DNA from: Mytilus californianus
Lineage: Eukaryota
Assembly (NCBI RefSeq): GCF_021869535.1
Contig: NW_026262712.1
Location: 52,886,001-52,950,000, forward strand
DNA: 64,000 nucleotides
Direction of reading: 5' to 3'
The notes under the pieces are model-generated. The model was not told the DNA's origin. It made no database searches and was given only the letters and a program-made list of their open reading frames with translations. The translations under genes and the position numbers were made by a program. Shown here one piece after another: positions 1 through 14,041 of the stretch (position 1 is its first letter; every line of letters begins with the position of its first letter).

Positions 1-112
1 TCATTCACAAAGGCCCTGTTGGATAGCTGCTCGGTGCCTATAAAAATATGTTATATCGATAAGATAGTTATATTTGCTTTCTTGATGACATTAGTCGGAT
101 GTGCAGACCCCA

Positions 113-165
113 TTGATTGATTGATTGATTGATTGATTAATTGATTGGTTGATTGATTGACTGAT
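113..165. repeat. (GATT)n microsatellite
   Basis: Direct reading; imperfect GATT run. Confidence 0.95.
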
Positions 166-2306
166 TAAATTGCATATGCATATAGTACGACATAAGGTAC
201 GAATTAACATTTATGTGCTCCCACTCCCAAGAGGAAGATACAGAAAGAAGAAGAAGCTAACCACATAATCAGTTACTTACAAGTCCTTCCCCAGACACTA
301 TATCGTATATGTCCCTTTTAATAACAAAGAAATATCTGGGTAAACTGGTCAAGAACGCCTATGGTAAATGCCGGCATGTCTTACGGCCTTCTAAAGTAGA
401 AATCCAATGGCTATTTCGAATGACTGGTCGTGATAGTTGTCACTAGTTTATTATAAGCGTATTTTTTTTAGATTTTGTTATACATCTCAGATCATCATCT
501 GATCTACCCTGTGCAAAGTGATGAACAGGGTAAAACTTTCAACAATAGTTATAAACTCATCTTTTTTTCAATTGATGATTAACTGGTCAGGCTATGAATC
601 ATCACCAGGGGCTGTTAATTATGTGCTTTGGTATATCTTTTATTTTACAATGTTTTACAAAGTCTGTGTGTTGGGTTGGCATGGTGTCCTAAGCTTATTA
701 AGGGGAAACATTAATTTCAACGCTATTTAAAAAGTATTCCCCCAACAATGTTAATTTAAAGACATGCCTCCCCTACAAAAGATGATTGATACCATAAAAG
801 ATATATCATTTATAAAACGTTGTTGTATTTTTTGTAAGACTTATAGGTTACTACATGTAAATTATATAACTAACATGTAGGTATATTTTTTGTTTCAATT
901 GCCAATATATATAGAATAATGACATTTTTGTTTTTGATACTAACTTTTATATATTCAAGCTGATGAAGTTAGTATCAAAAAATAAAATTTATGCCATTAT
1001 TCTTTTTATCAGCAATTCTTTACAAAAGTTTTTTGTTTGTTTAGCATGTTTAGAATAATAAAAAAATAAATTAGTTAGTAAAACAACTTTTACGGGTACA
1101 AAATGTGATAGCTGTTCGGTTGTATGAATAAAGTCACGTGCATTTCATTGATAAATTGACACTGATGGTTTGAACACGCGACGCTGCTGCACTGATAATT
1201 TCAATGGATATGTGACATGATCATTGCCTAGTATTTTGAGTATCAAGTTCTGTCCATAATCTTAATAGAAATTAGTCAGTCAGATCAAAGTAAAAATGTG
1301 CAAATTGCCGATAATAAGGAATATCTAGTCATAAACGAGTGCTACAATATAAAATCAAGTTGGTACATCAAAAAGTTACGCTAAAATATATATGATTGTT
1401 ATAATGGAGAAAAATGCAGAACTGCAAACCTTCCCCCTTTATCAATGATTATGCGGGATATCCACCATGAGAGGTGTTGACCTGACCCTTATAAAACTCA
1501 ATTATTTAATTAGACTAAATACTTAAGCAAAAATTAAGGCATTCAGAAAAAATTTGAATACATGTATACATATTCAAAACACAGATCTCCCCCCCCCCCC
1601 CTTGTCAAAGAGGTTTTGATCCACCCTGTATGTTATAAACTTTTAATTTTATTACAATGGATATGTTGTCACAGTAAAGATAAATCATAAAGATAAAGAT
1701 ATTTCTTAGTATTAAATCCATACAATAGGATTGTTTCTAAATACACAATGACGAGTAACATGAATAAACAATAAACAATACAAATATATATATGTATCAT
1801 TGACAAAAAAACCCAAAAATCTAAGTTTGTTTGTTTATTTTTTCATTTTTCCTTAGATGCTAGACAACATGCCTCTCCTCAAATAAGCATAACAATTATT
1901 ATATTTAGAAAGAAGAAATGCTGCTAACCTCTATTATGTATTTATTCATATACAAGAGGGTGTGCATGAGGGTTTACAGAATAGAGAATATTAAAATGGT
2001 AAAAAAATATAAAGAATAGAGAAAACTGGACCAAAAAAATAAGCAATAGAGAATAATCATGGTAATGAGGTGCTAAAATATAAAGAATTGAAAATAATGG
2101 GCAAAAAGTATAAAGAATAGAGAAAAATGGCCTAAAAAATTTAAGAATAAAGAAATGAAAGAACACCCCCCCTCCCATCATACAAACTAAATTTAAATTA
2201 ACTAAAATAGAAAAGATATTCATATAAAACCGAACATGCGACCATGTATAATACACATATGTAAAATTGTAAATATTTGTTTCTGTAATTATACATTTCA
2301 CTTTAA

Positions 2307-2880
2307 AGCGGCATTAGCTGTCAAATTCATGTTCACCAATTTGACTCAAATTCTCATATTTGATTTATAACAAGCTAAAACATATATAAAAATTACAAAA
2401 AGTCTAAAATAAACAATTAACAATGCATGGACTCGATAATATGTATCAACATTGCGTGTGTGTTTTTGTCTAGATGTCATCTAATTAACCATCGAGATGA
2501 CCTACGAAGACTGCCAACGGTCATATAACCCGATAAAACATAAACTGATAGCGACCACTTGCAATTGAATTGTGTTAGGTCTGTTTGATTTCATATTGTA
2601 GGTTAAAAAGTATGTTTATCATCGTTTTTGCCTGTGTTAGAATAATTTTTTTGTGGATAGAATCAGTCAACCAAATAATTCATCCTTGTTTCACTTTCAA
2701 TGTTGACATTCTTTTCCTTTTGATAGCTGAATACCTGTATAACCCATCTCCAGCTAAGGGGTTAAATTAAAGGTCACATGAATACGGATTTAAAGAGGTC
2801 GAATTATTCACTTGCAATTGAATAATTTATCAGCAATAATAGTTATCTTATATTGACAAAATTGAACTAAATTTGCTGCT
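2307..2880. mobile_element. Kolobok-like non-autonomous TIR element; related copies at ~4700-5325 and ~49195-49350
   Basis: TTAA|AGCGGCATT at the left end and ATTTGCTGCT|aaaa at the right end form an imperfect TIR. Internal sequence recurs at 4700-5325. Family assignment rests on the TTAA/AG termini only. Confidence 0.5.
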
Positions 2881-5561
2881 AAAAGCAAATTAGTATTTTA
2901 CTATATCACTTTCATTAATGATTGAACCAAAAAAAAAATCGATGTTTTATATTTTTGTATATCAAGTAGTAAATGCACATTTAATATGCCATTTACAATA
3001 ATAATCAATATGTCAAAATTTTCACAAGAATATTATTTTTTTCATTACTCTTTTGAAATAAGATTAGGAACAATATTAGACTTTGAGAAATTTCATTATT
3101 CATAAAATTTTCATTCTTGAGCTATTGAGTTGTCAGTCAGGAGTAATACTTACACAAGTGTTTTTAATTTACTGGTGCAGGTAAATTATTTTGGAGGTAG
3201 AGTTATATCCCTTAGACCATGTAGACAGTAAGATTTTTTTAAACTTATTTAAGTAAAAGGTCTTATTTTTTTCTATTCTTGAATTTCTCTTGACTACATC
3301 AATTTGCTCTAACAGAGTGTTTAACTGTCTGTCATTAATAGTTGTCTTTACTATTCATAAAAGTCCATTGTAAATTTCATGGACAATGAAAATTTCATTT
3401 GTCTGTTCCCGTACGAAATAAGTAGTAGGATTCCACCTAGACACTAGTAGGAATGTAGTAGGAATCCACATAGAATCAAAGATTCTATATAGAAAGTAGG
3501 CGGACATGGAAAATGAACAAAATTCTGACTGGATTTTTTATTTTCTCCACTTGCAAAATCCTACCATCTAGCTGGAATTTTAAAAGTCTGTATGGATTTT
3601 TTTCTGTTTTGAAAATCTTAAATGGGAATTTGGACAGAAAATATGATAGGATTATTCATTTTCCTACTACAAGATTCCTACCAGAATTAATTTTATTCCT
3701 ACTAGAAAATCTTTCTACATGGAATCTTTTTAATTATCTTAAACTGGATTCCTGTTTGCTAATGACACAAATTTTGCTGTGTTAAATGCAAACAAGTTCC
3801 AGTTCACTAATTCACAAGTTGGAGAGTAGAAATATGAAAAGTTGTGTTGCACCATATGCTGCAAGGGTTAAACAACTACAATATTGAAATATGGGAAAAT
3901 ATGGCCCATGTAAATTGAAGGTAAATTTTATACTTTTAAGATGAAATTTTTGATATGTTTGCCAATATATTTAGTAATCAGTTAATTCAACAATAGTGCA
4001 TTATTTTACATATTAATTGTTCATAACTCTTTAACTTCATCTTAGAATCAACATTTTTGCCCATTTACATATATGTTTGGATATATCACAGCTTCCTCAT
4101 ACATTTCAAAAGTCAACTTTTTTTAAAATGAATATATTCCATGCATTTCCTTTGTTTTTTGTTGTTGAGATTCAAACTTAAATGATTGACCCAGTTGTGT
4201 ATTTGTGAATATACACTTACATTTTGTATATTTTTAGATTCCTACTAGAAAATATTTTTTTCTATGTGGAATTTTGAAAAATTCCTGCCAGGTTTTCTAG
4301 TAGGAATTTTATTTTCCTACCAAATTATTCCTGCTAATTTAAATATTCCTGGTAGGAATATACAATATTCCTACTAAGAAAGTCCTGCTAATTTAAATAT
4401 TTTGGCTATTTTCCGTGTGGATTCCTACTTCTGTCTGACTAGAATATCACTCTTTTCTGGTAGGAATTCAATGCAATATTCCTACTATATTCCGTGTACA
4501 TTCTGTGTGGAATATTTCATACATTTTATCGTCAAAATACAACTAAGCCTCCAGAGAGCAATTTATGAAGGCCTTGTGCAGTTACTTAACATCGCTGCGC
4601 AATAGATTTGTTTTGCTTTGTGTTTGAGATAAAAGGTTGAACTGTACTTAAAAATTAATAAGCAAACCAGAAAAATTCTCTTAAACATTTTAGAGGGTCA
4701 AAAGCAGTCAAATTCATGATCATTGATTTTACTTATATTCTCAAATTTGATTCATAACATACATGACATATTAAAATGTATTTATCCAAATTACAAAAAG
4801 TCCAAAAGAAACATTTAACAGTGCATGGTCTCTGTTTATACTTCAGCATTTCATGCATATTTTAGTCTAACTGCCATCTAAGAAACCATTGAGTTGACCT
4901 ACGAAGACTGCCTATGGTCATATGACCAAATATTAACATAGATATAAATAGACAAGCAGTGCAATGGTTAAATGATGATTTTCTAGGTCTGTTTGATTGC
5001 ATGTCATAGATTAAAAATGTGTAAATAATTGCTTAACCTGTATACATGACATATGAATGATTTTTTTGTAAAGCCTATTCAGCCAAAAAAATTGGTTTTC
5101 CTGGTGGCTCCCTTGTATCACTTTTCAATGTCGATATTCTTTTCTTTTCAATAAGTTATAAAGCTAAGCACATGCATATTCCATCTCCTGAGAAGGGCCA
5201 AATTAAACGTTGCAAGAATATATGCAGAGACGGATTCAAATGAGGTTGAATTATTGACTTGCAAGCCAATGATACATAAGCGATGTATTTGAGCTTATGT
5301 TGACAAAAGTGACTGCAAATCATGCTAATATTGAAAAATTACACTTTGATAATGCTTGAAAAAAATTTAATTCTATTCTGTCTAAATAATAGTTTATTAT
5401 ATTAAGCCCCTTAAATCTGGTTGAATTGTAGCATTAATACATGTACATGTATCCATTAAGTGTTGCATTTCTGCACACTTCTGCACACTCTCAGTCACTG
5501 AAATTTGTGTGCATTTTTTGTGCTATGAAAAACAATAAAAGTTTATTGATTTCATATTTAG

Positions 5562-8500
5562 ATTTGTCTATATCAGAAGTGGATGAAAAACATCCTAAAT
5601 TTGATGAAGGTGGTAACCAGATGGATGATTGTCACAGTCAGACAGACATGAGACCACATTTAGATGGGAATCAGATGGATGATTGTCACAGTCAGACAGA
5701 CATGAGACCACATTTAGATGGGAATCAGATGGATGATTGTCACAGTCAGACAGACATGAGACCACATTTAGATGGGAATCAGATGGATGATTGTCACAGT
5801 CAGACAGACATGAGACCACATTTAGATGGGAATCAGATGGATGATTGTCACAGTCAGACAGACATGAGACCACATCTAGATGGGAATCAGATGGATGATT
5901 GTCACAGTCAGACAGACATGATACCACATTTAGATGGGAATCAGATGGATGATTGTCACAGTCAGACAGACATAAGACCACATTTAGATGGGAATCAGAT
6001 GGATGATTGTCACAGTCAGACAGACATGAGACCACATTTAGATGGGAATCAGATGGATGATTGTCACAGTCAGACAGACATAAGACCACATTTAGATGGG
6101 AATCAGATGGATGATTGTCACAGTCAAACAGACATGAGACCACATTTAGATGGTAGTCAGATGGATGATTGTCACAGTCAGACAGACATAAGACCACATT
6201 TAGATGGGAATCAGATGGATGATTGTCACAGTCAGACAGACATGAGACCACATTTAGATGGGAATCAGATGGATGATTGTCACAGTCAGACAGACATGAG
6301 ACCACATTTAGATGGGAATCAGATGGATGATTGTCACAGTCAAACAGACATGAGACCACATTTAGATGGTAGTCAGATGGATGATTGTCACAGTCAGACA
6401 GACATGAGACCACATTTAGATGGGAATCAGATGGATGATTGTCACAGTCAAACAGACATGAGACCACATTTAGATGGTAGTCAGATGGATGATTGTCACA
6501 GTCAGACAGACATGAGACCACATTTAGATGGGAATCAGATGGATGATTGTCACAGTCAGACAGACATGAGACCACATTTAGATGGGAATCAGATGGATGA
6601 TTGTCACAGTCAGACAGACATGAGACCACATCTAGATGGGAATCAGATGGATGATTGTAACAGTCAGACAGACATGAGACCACATTTAGATGGGAATCAG
6701 ATGGATGATTGTCACAGTCAAACAGACATGAGACCACATTTAGATGGTAGTCAGATGGATGATTGTCACAGTCAGACAGACATAAGACCACATTTAGATG
6801 GGAATCAGATGGATGATTGTCACAGTCAGACAGACATGATACCACATTTAGATGGGAATCAGATGGATGATTGTCACAGTCAGACAGACATGAGACCACA
6901 TTTAGATGGGAATCAGATGGATGATTGTCACAGTCAAACAGACATGAGACCACATTTAGATGGTAGTCAGATGGATGATTGTCACAGTCAGACAGACATA
7001 AGACCACATTTAGATGGGAATCAGATGGATGATTGTCACAGTCAGACAGACATGAGACCACATTTAGATGGGAATCAGATGGATGATTGTCACAGTCAGA
7101 CAGACATGAGACCACATTTAGATGGGAATCTGATGGAAGATAGTGAAAGTCACACATGTATAGGAATATATCCAGGAGGCAACCAGATTCCTGATTGTCA
7201 CAGTCACACACACACAGAAACACAAAAAGATGGTAGTCAGATGGATAATTGTAACAGTCAGACAGACACAAGTACACTTCCAGGTGCTAAACCTTGCATA
7301 GGTAAATTTTGTAGTAAGAACCTAAGCATGTTAAAGAAGACAGAACGTTAACCTATAGTTCTTCAAAAAAGTTGACAGTTAAAAATACTTTAAGTACATC
7401 ATTTCATAGAAAAAGGAAATAGTGTTTGGTCTTTATGTTAGGATTAATGATATATAAATAATATTTTACCATAAATTATGTTAACATGGTTAATGTCCAC
7501 TTTAAAACAATGTTTTGTAACATTTTGGTCATCATTACCTAAATGTAATCCATGAGCATGTCATGATGGGTGAGTGGCAACATTATCCCGTTATGTCACC
7601 CAAGTGGCTTTATGTATTTGTATTTTGAATAACCTGGTGGTACAGGTAAATCTACAGGAGGGAATCTAGAACAAAAATGAGAAACATGTACTAGGGGTGT
7701 CCTGGTGTCTAAAAATCTCAAAATATTACAGCTCAGATTGATTGAACATTGTTTGCTTAACATCCATTGGCAAATATTTCCTGCATATTGTGAAAAATTT
7801 AAACAGCTTTTGAGTTATGGAAATTTGTAAATCATTTATACACTCTGGCTTCCTCCACCAATAAAAACTGGCCACCACCAATTAAAACTGGCCACCACCG
7901 AATAACCAATAGTGTTTAAGTGGCGTTAAAACGCAAAAAATCAATCAATAAATCAGTTATAATTATTACATAACTATTTATTTGTGTCTATTACGTCAAG
8001 TTAGCGCTACCTTTTAAAAATACAATGATGGTGTCATTAAAAGGCTTGAAACTGGGTATTAACCACATAAAATCCGTGACATGCTATTTATTAGTCCAAT
8101 TCCTACTCTCTATACAACAGATTGACAAAACTTCTTGAAAATAAGGTTTATATTTTGTGTACTTTGGTCAATTTCTTCAACATGTCTATCAATGAACAGT
8201 ATTTTGGGCGACAAGTTTTATTACATCTTGATGGATGGATATTATTTCAGTATATGTCCGTTTCAAAAACAAATTGGTCATAAACTAACAACAATATGGA
8301 AATTGATAAACAAAGGAAAACGCAAGTATTTATTTAGAAAACAATGACAATTCTTTAAAAAGTTGCTATCATTTGAGCAGTAAAATCAGCAAACACCATG
8401 AGAATTAGAAATATGGCAGTTTACAAATACTAATAAGGAGAGACAAATAAAACATCTGGGGAACGCATAACAGTATAAATACAATTCATGCATTGATCAA

Positions 8501-10742
8501 ACAACTTTTACTCATTAAAACTCCCCTAGACAGGAGTTGGCCTGGATCCTAATGTTGAAATGTTGATGGAAGTTGACCAAAGATTTACACCCCATGCCAA
8601 TCTTCACTGTTGGCCCATGGCAATGACAAAATCCGCATGAGCCTGAGTGTATTGTGGAACATTTTTTTTAACACAATTTATCTTGCCATATCTGTAGTTG
8701 TGGATTGAATACTTTTCCACAATATGTAAACACAAAGCCATAAATGCATTATTAATTGTTAGGAATTTCATTACTCATAACCCAAATAATTCAGTCGTTA
8801 TATTCCGATGATCTACGATTACTTCATTAACGCCTGAATTAATGCATAGACAATGAAAAATCTTCGATCGATTATGGAGAGGGACTGAATTATTCGGGTT
8901 ACATTACTCATATCAATTCTAACTTGTATGGTAACAATATGAAGACAGATAACAATATTTAAATCTCTGCCATAAACAGTCTTGTCTTAGTTTTTTGTAG
9001 TTGTGATGATTCTCTCGTTCAGCAAATTCAGACTCTGTTTACTTATTCAAAATTTTCTATTTGTTTTTTATAGTTAATTCTAAAGAGTATTCTAAGATTG
9101 ATTTACATGGTAAGGATCATCAAAATGGTGGCTCTCTGATGCAGCTTGATGAACACACACGTGAGTATTTCTTTGGCTAATCAACCTGAGCAAATATCAA
9201 GATTATTCCATATTGAAGGTCTTACTGTGACTTTGAAATGAAGGATGTATGCCCCCTTTGATTTGAAAATATATGATTTTTAGCATGAATTGTCCGAAAG
9301 TTGTTGTATCGCACCGCTTGGCAGTATACATAAAATTTACTGATATTATTCCCCCTTTAAAAAACCTGGATACCCCTGCTTTTAATTACTATATTCATCA
9401 ATTATTGTCAAATCAAGGAAATATTTTTCTTTTAGGTTATTTTGAGCAATAACGCCTTTAAATTTTAAAGCAAAGATTTAAAAAAATGAGGCCTTAAAGA
9501 ATTTGTGTGCTTAGGGCTTTTTCCTTCCTAAAAATTATAGGGTTGGTTAGTCAGAAAACTTTTAAATTTTGTATACAACATTTTTGTTGTTGTTGTTGTA
9601 ATCTTGGAATTTTTTTAATTTTCTCTGAGCCTGATTCCTGTATTAAACCCTTTAATAGAACTCAACCGTTTGTAAATTGTCATAACACATTCAAGTTGTT
9701 TTATTAATTCTGTCATGTATTTTGATGAAATAAGTTTACTTAGCAGTAGCATCAACTTAAGTGTTGGTGAACAGTTTTTGAAGGAATGCTCATAAAAATG
9801 TTGGGAGTTGATCAGGAAACCCACAGGCACTTGTCTCAGAAAAAAAATTTCCTATATACCTTAATATAACAGTGTTATATTAAGGTATATCGGAATTTTT
9901 TTTTCTGAGACAAGTGCCTGTGAGGAAACCCCAAACACATACCTTTCTTTTGTGTCTACAGATTTTTTTTTTTTTTAATTTGTATTTTAGGTAAAGTTGC
10001 TGAAACATTGGTGATTAATAAATTTGGAAATTTGTTACCACAGACTGGAATCTCCCAAGCAAATATAGACAAACCATATAAATGTGATGTATGTGGTAAA
10101 GGGTTTGGCAAAAACGAATTCTTACAGAAACACACTAGAATTCATACCAGTACTAGAAGTTTTAAATGTGGTGTATGCGGAAAAGGATTTTATGAAAACA
10201 GTGACCTAGAGAATCACATCATAAAACATAACGGTGAAAAACCGTATAAGTGTAAAATATGTGGGAAAGCGTTTGTTCATTTTTGCCTTCTACAGAAACA
10301 CATCAAAACACATAACGTTGAAAAAAGTTTTAAATGTGATCTATGTGGACGAGGGTTTGTTGAGAATAGTGACTTACAGAAACACATTAGAATACATACG
10401 GGTGAGAAACCATATAAATGTCACAGTGGTATTTCCAATAAAGATTTTAGCCGAAGTTGTGCTTTACAGACACACATGCGAATACATTCTGGAGAAAAAC
10501 CATATAGATGTGTCAATTGCAATAAAGAGTTTAATGATAGTAGTAGTTTGCATGTTCATATGAGAACACATACTGGTGATAAACCTTACATATGTGAAAT
10601 ATGTAAAAAGGGGTTTAGCACTAGGAGCAATTTAAAAACTCATGAGAGATCACATACAGGGTTAAAACCAGTTCATTGTGAGATATGTGGTAAGGGGTTT
10701 ACTCGTAAAACCGTCTTGGACAATCACATGAAATACATATAG
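5562..10742 (+). CDS. C2H2 (Kruppel-type) zinc-finger protein with a long N-terminal 18-aa tandem-repeat region; 5'-partial model, exons 5562-7301, 9074-9160, 9991-10742
   Basis: Sites are ttcatatttAG|5562, 7301|GTAAAT, ttttttatAG|9074, 9160|GTGAGT and tgtattttAG|9991. All junctions are phase 1 and join one open frame (..DLSISEVDEK-[repeats]-KPCI / VNSKEYSKIDLHGKDHQNGGSLMQLDEHT / RKVAETLVINKFG..). The last exon has 8 finger units with TGEKP-type linkers, stop TAG at 10740-10742. Start codon and upstream exons not identified. Confidence 0.8.
5609..7282 (+). repeat. 54-bp coding tandem repeat (minisatellite): 28 near-identical units plus 3 degenerate units, encoding DGNQMDDCHSQTDMRPHL
   Basis: Unit gatgggaatcagatggatgattgtcacagtcagacagacatgagaccacattta. 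Unit starts run from 5663 to 7121 (27 x 54 bp) plus a first unit at 5609. Three diverged units at 7121-7282. No indels seen. Confidence 0.98.
9822..9922. mobile_element. 101-bp hairpin MITE with 8-bp target-site duplication
   Basis: cacaggcacttgtctcagaaaaaaaa..ttttttttctgagacaagtgcctgtg is a near-perfect palindrome, flanked by AGGAAACC at 9814-9821 and 9923-9930. Confidence 0.85.
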
Positions 10743-11454
<712 letters not shown>

Positions 11455-13024
11455 GTGTATTGTGCAATATCCATTATGATTTGATTAAACACAATTGTAG
11501 GTCAATGTCAGAAAAAAATCAACTTTTTATATGAGGCATAGAGACTGAGAAAGTGTTATGTTTACTTAGCTCTTCAACAGTTTCCTGCTGAATAAAGTTG
11601 ATGATATTTTTCTGACATTGATCAAAATTGATTTATAGTTTGCAGCTTAAAATGGCTACAATTTTAGGAATGAAAATGTTAAAACAAAAATAACACTTAT
11701 TTTCCATCCCTAAACGAGCTCCGAATTTTGATAAAAAAAAATGATGTGACATAAAATTGACATTGCACAAAATATCCCTTTGTTGCTATATTTGGAAGAT
11801 AAAACAATAGGAAGTGTTCTAGCTGCAGTATAAATAAATGTATATGATACAAATATCTGAATTGGCACTACAATGTATTTAACATGTTTAAGACTAAGGA
11901 GAAGTGGTATGATTGCATATGAGACAATTTTCGACATTATAGATCATAGGGTACTGCACTGGCCTTTGAACTGAACTAACGCCATACTTTAAAGTAATGA
12001 TATGTGAATGACATGTTTCTGAAATAACCTTGAGAACTGTAATCATGGTATTGTGGTATATTTAAAAAGGAATGTTTCTGGAAAATAGTCCGTTATTAGT
12101 ATTTTTTTCATGTTTTTGGATAATCAGTCTGTTATCAAGTAAATGATCAGATGTTGTACAGTTTGCAATTTTTTTATTGTTTGCAACATGTGCATTGTAT
12201 TGTAATATATGTCTAAATGTGCATTGTATTGTAATATATGTCATGTAAATGAAACTAAATATTAATGTTAAGGATATCTGCTGCTAAAATTCAAAATGAC
12301 AACATTCTTTTTTAATTGATAATCACAGATAGATAGTCATAGAAAAGAATTTTTGAAAATTTATCATATGGAACATGTACACAAATAAACATTGAACAAA
12401 TGAGTTTTAAATTGATTCAAATAGATACGACTTGGATGGAGAGTTGTCTCATTGGCACTTATACCACATCTTCTTATTTCTACGAAATTCAATGTATTTG
12501 TACAAGCTAGAATTTGAAAAGTTGTAAAATAATACTGAGACATGTAGGGATAATGCCCTGTAACATGTAAATAAGTCCATGAGAATGTGATGGACATGTT
12601 GATCTGAATGAAGTCCTTCCTTTTTTTTATTTTTTAATTGTTTAGGTCATTTTTTTATATTCTTAAAATTTTTTGCTCATTAATCTCTTTTCTTTATGTT
12701 TTATAAGCACCCCATTATTCTCTATTCTTAATTGTTTGCCTTGTTTCCTGTATTCTTTGAATTTTCTACCTTTATTTCACACTTTTTGCCTTTTATTTTC
12801 TATTCTGTAAACCCCATTTAGACTTGAGACATGCCTAAGTAGATTGTTCCCCTGAAAAAAAGTGTCAATTTTAAATTTGTTGATTTTTTTGCCAGATTTT
12901 TGTTTAGTACAAGAGGGTAACATTAATGTTACTCTTGTATTTATCAATAAAAATGACATTTTGTCATGTAAATGTTGAATGTATATTATTGTATAAGGTT
13001 GCAAACATGCATATTTGGCATAAC

Positions 13025-13227
13025 ACTACCCTGTCAACACTGAAGTTGTGAGTTTGAACCCCGCAGGTGGCAGGTGCGTTAGACTCCAATCTTATGACTA
13101 GGAAAGTCAGTTATCTTCCGAATGTTTGTGTTTCTCTCTGGGCACACATGTATCCTCCGCCAATAAAAACAGACCCATTAAACATGTGTTAAAAGGCCAA
13201 TAATGCTGAAAGTGGTGTTAAACAGCA
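13025..13227 (+). mobile_element. Degenerate tRNA-derived SINE (V-domain-like core); a 3' fragment of the same family at ~7843-7950
   Basis: B-box-like gtgagtttgaacccc, then tctctctgggcacac..tcctccgccaataaaaac and a 3' gctgaaagtggtgttaaac end shared with 7843-7950. Family naming is from recollection of bivalve SINEs. Confidence 0.5.
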
Positions 13228-14041
13228 TGGTTTTTTCCTAAAAAAATATTCTGATCCCCTATTTGATGAAAAAAAATATTGTGGTCAGGCATTCTGAATC
13301 CAGATTTTCCCCATACCTTATAGTGTTAAATTTTGAAAAAAATAGTTTGATTGATAGCGTGGAAAAACTAAAAAAAATGTTTGCACTTTGTGGGAAAAAA
13401 AATTCCTGCCTCAGGCAAAAAAACATACCCCCCCCCCTTGAAATTAAATGGTTGCTCCCTAAGCAATAGCTCAAATGTATTTGGTGTCTAAATAAGTTGT
13501 AAGGTGTATATGTCTGTCGGAAAGATTTATCTGACCATGACCTCATTCTCATAGATCTTTTAAAATGTCAAGTTTATGAGAAACTTTTAGTAAAACCTTT
13601 ATCTTTAAGACTTCCAACATAAAATCAATGGTCAGTAAAGCAGGTAAGACATTTCAGCATGTGCACTCTTGTGTTTATATATATATATACATATATATAT
13701 TGACGTGACGCTTGACTTTTTAATTATTAACATTTAAAAGAAGAAAATCTAGTTAGGGCACTTCTTTCCTTCAGCCCAGTGTAGCCACAGGACACATTCG
13801 AACTACTACCATCTGTTGATGTCAATCTTGTATGTTTGATACTTTTCTTTCTTGTGACAAATTTTAAAAAAAGTTGTGAAAGCAGGACCTAGCCATACGG
13901 GTACCAACAGAACAAGGGGTGCACGTGCGTGATTTCATAATTTAAAAAAAGACGGAGACCAAAATGGACAGTTGTGTTGGTGTTGCTCGCTAGGAAATAA
14001 AATAAAACTAACTTAAAAGTAAGTTTACATTTTTCAATTCA

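Noticed and set aside
5441-5561. N-terminal part of the 636-aa ORF as the true start
   Set aside because: It lies upstream of a good acceptor (ttcatatttAG, 5561) in AT-rich intron-like sequence, so it is probably intronic read-through.
5609-7120. Regular repeat array as CRISPR
   Set aside because: Contiguous identical units with no unique spacers, no cas genes, and a eukaryotic context.
5595-7277. 560-aa antisense ORF (CLSDCDNHPSDSHLNVVS repeats)
   Set aside because: By-product of a 54-bp unit lacking stops in that frame. The + frame has matching splice sites and joins the ZF exon; the minus frame has no such support.
8530-8645. GC-richer patch in the ZF intron as an additional exon or retrocopy
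   Set aside because: The phase-1 reading hits a stop before any donor and no frame gave a recognisable protein.
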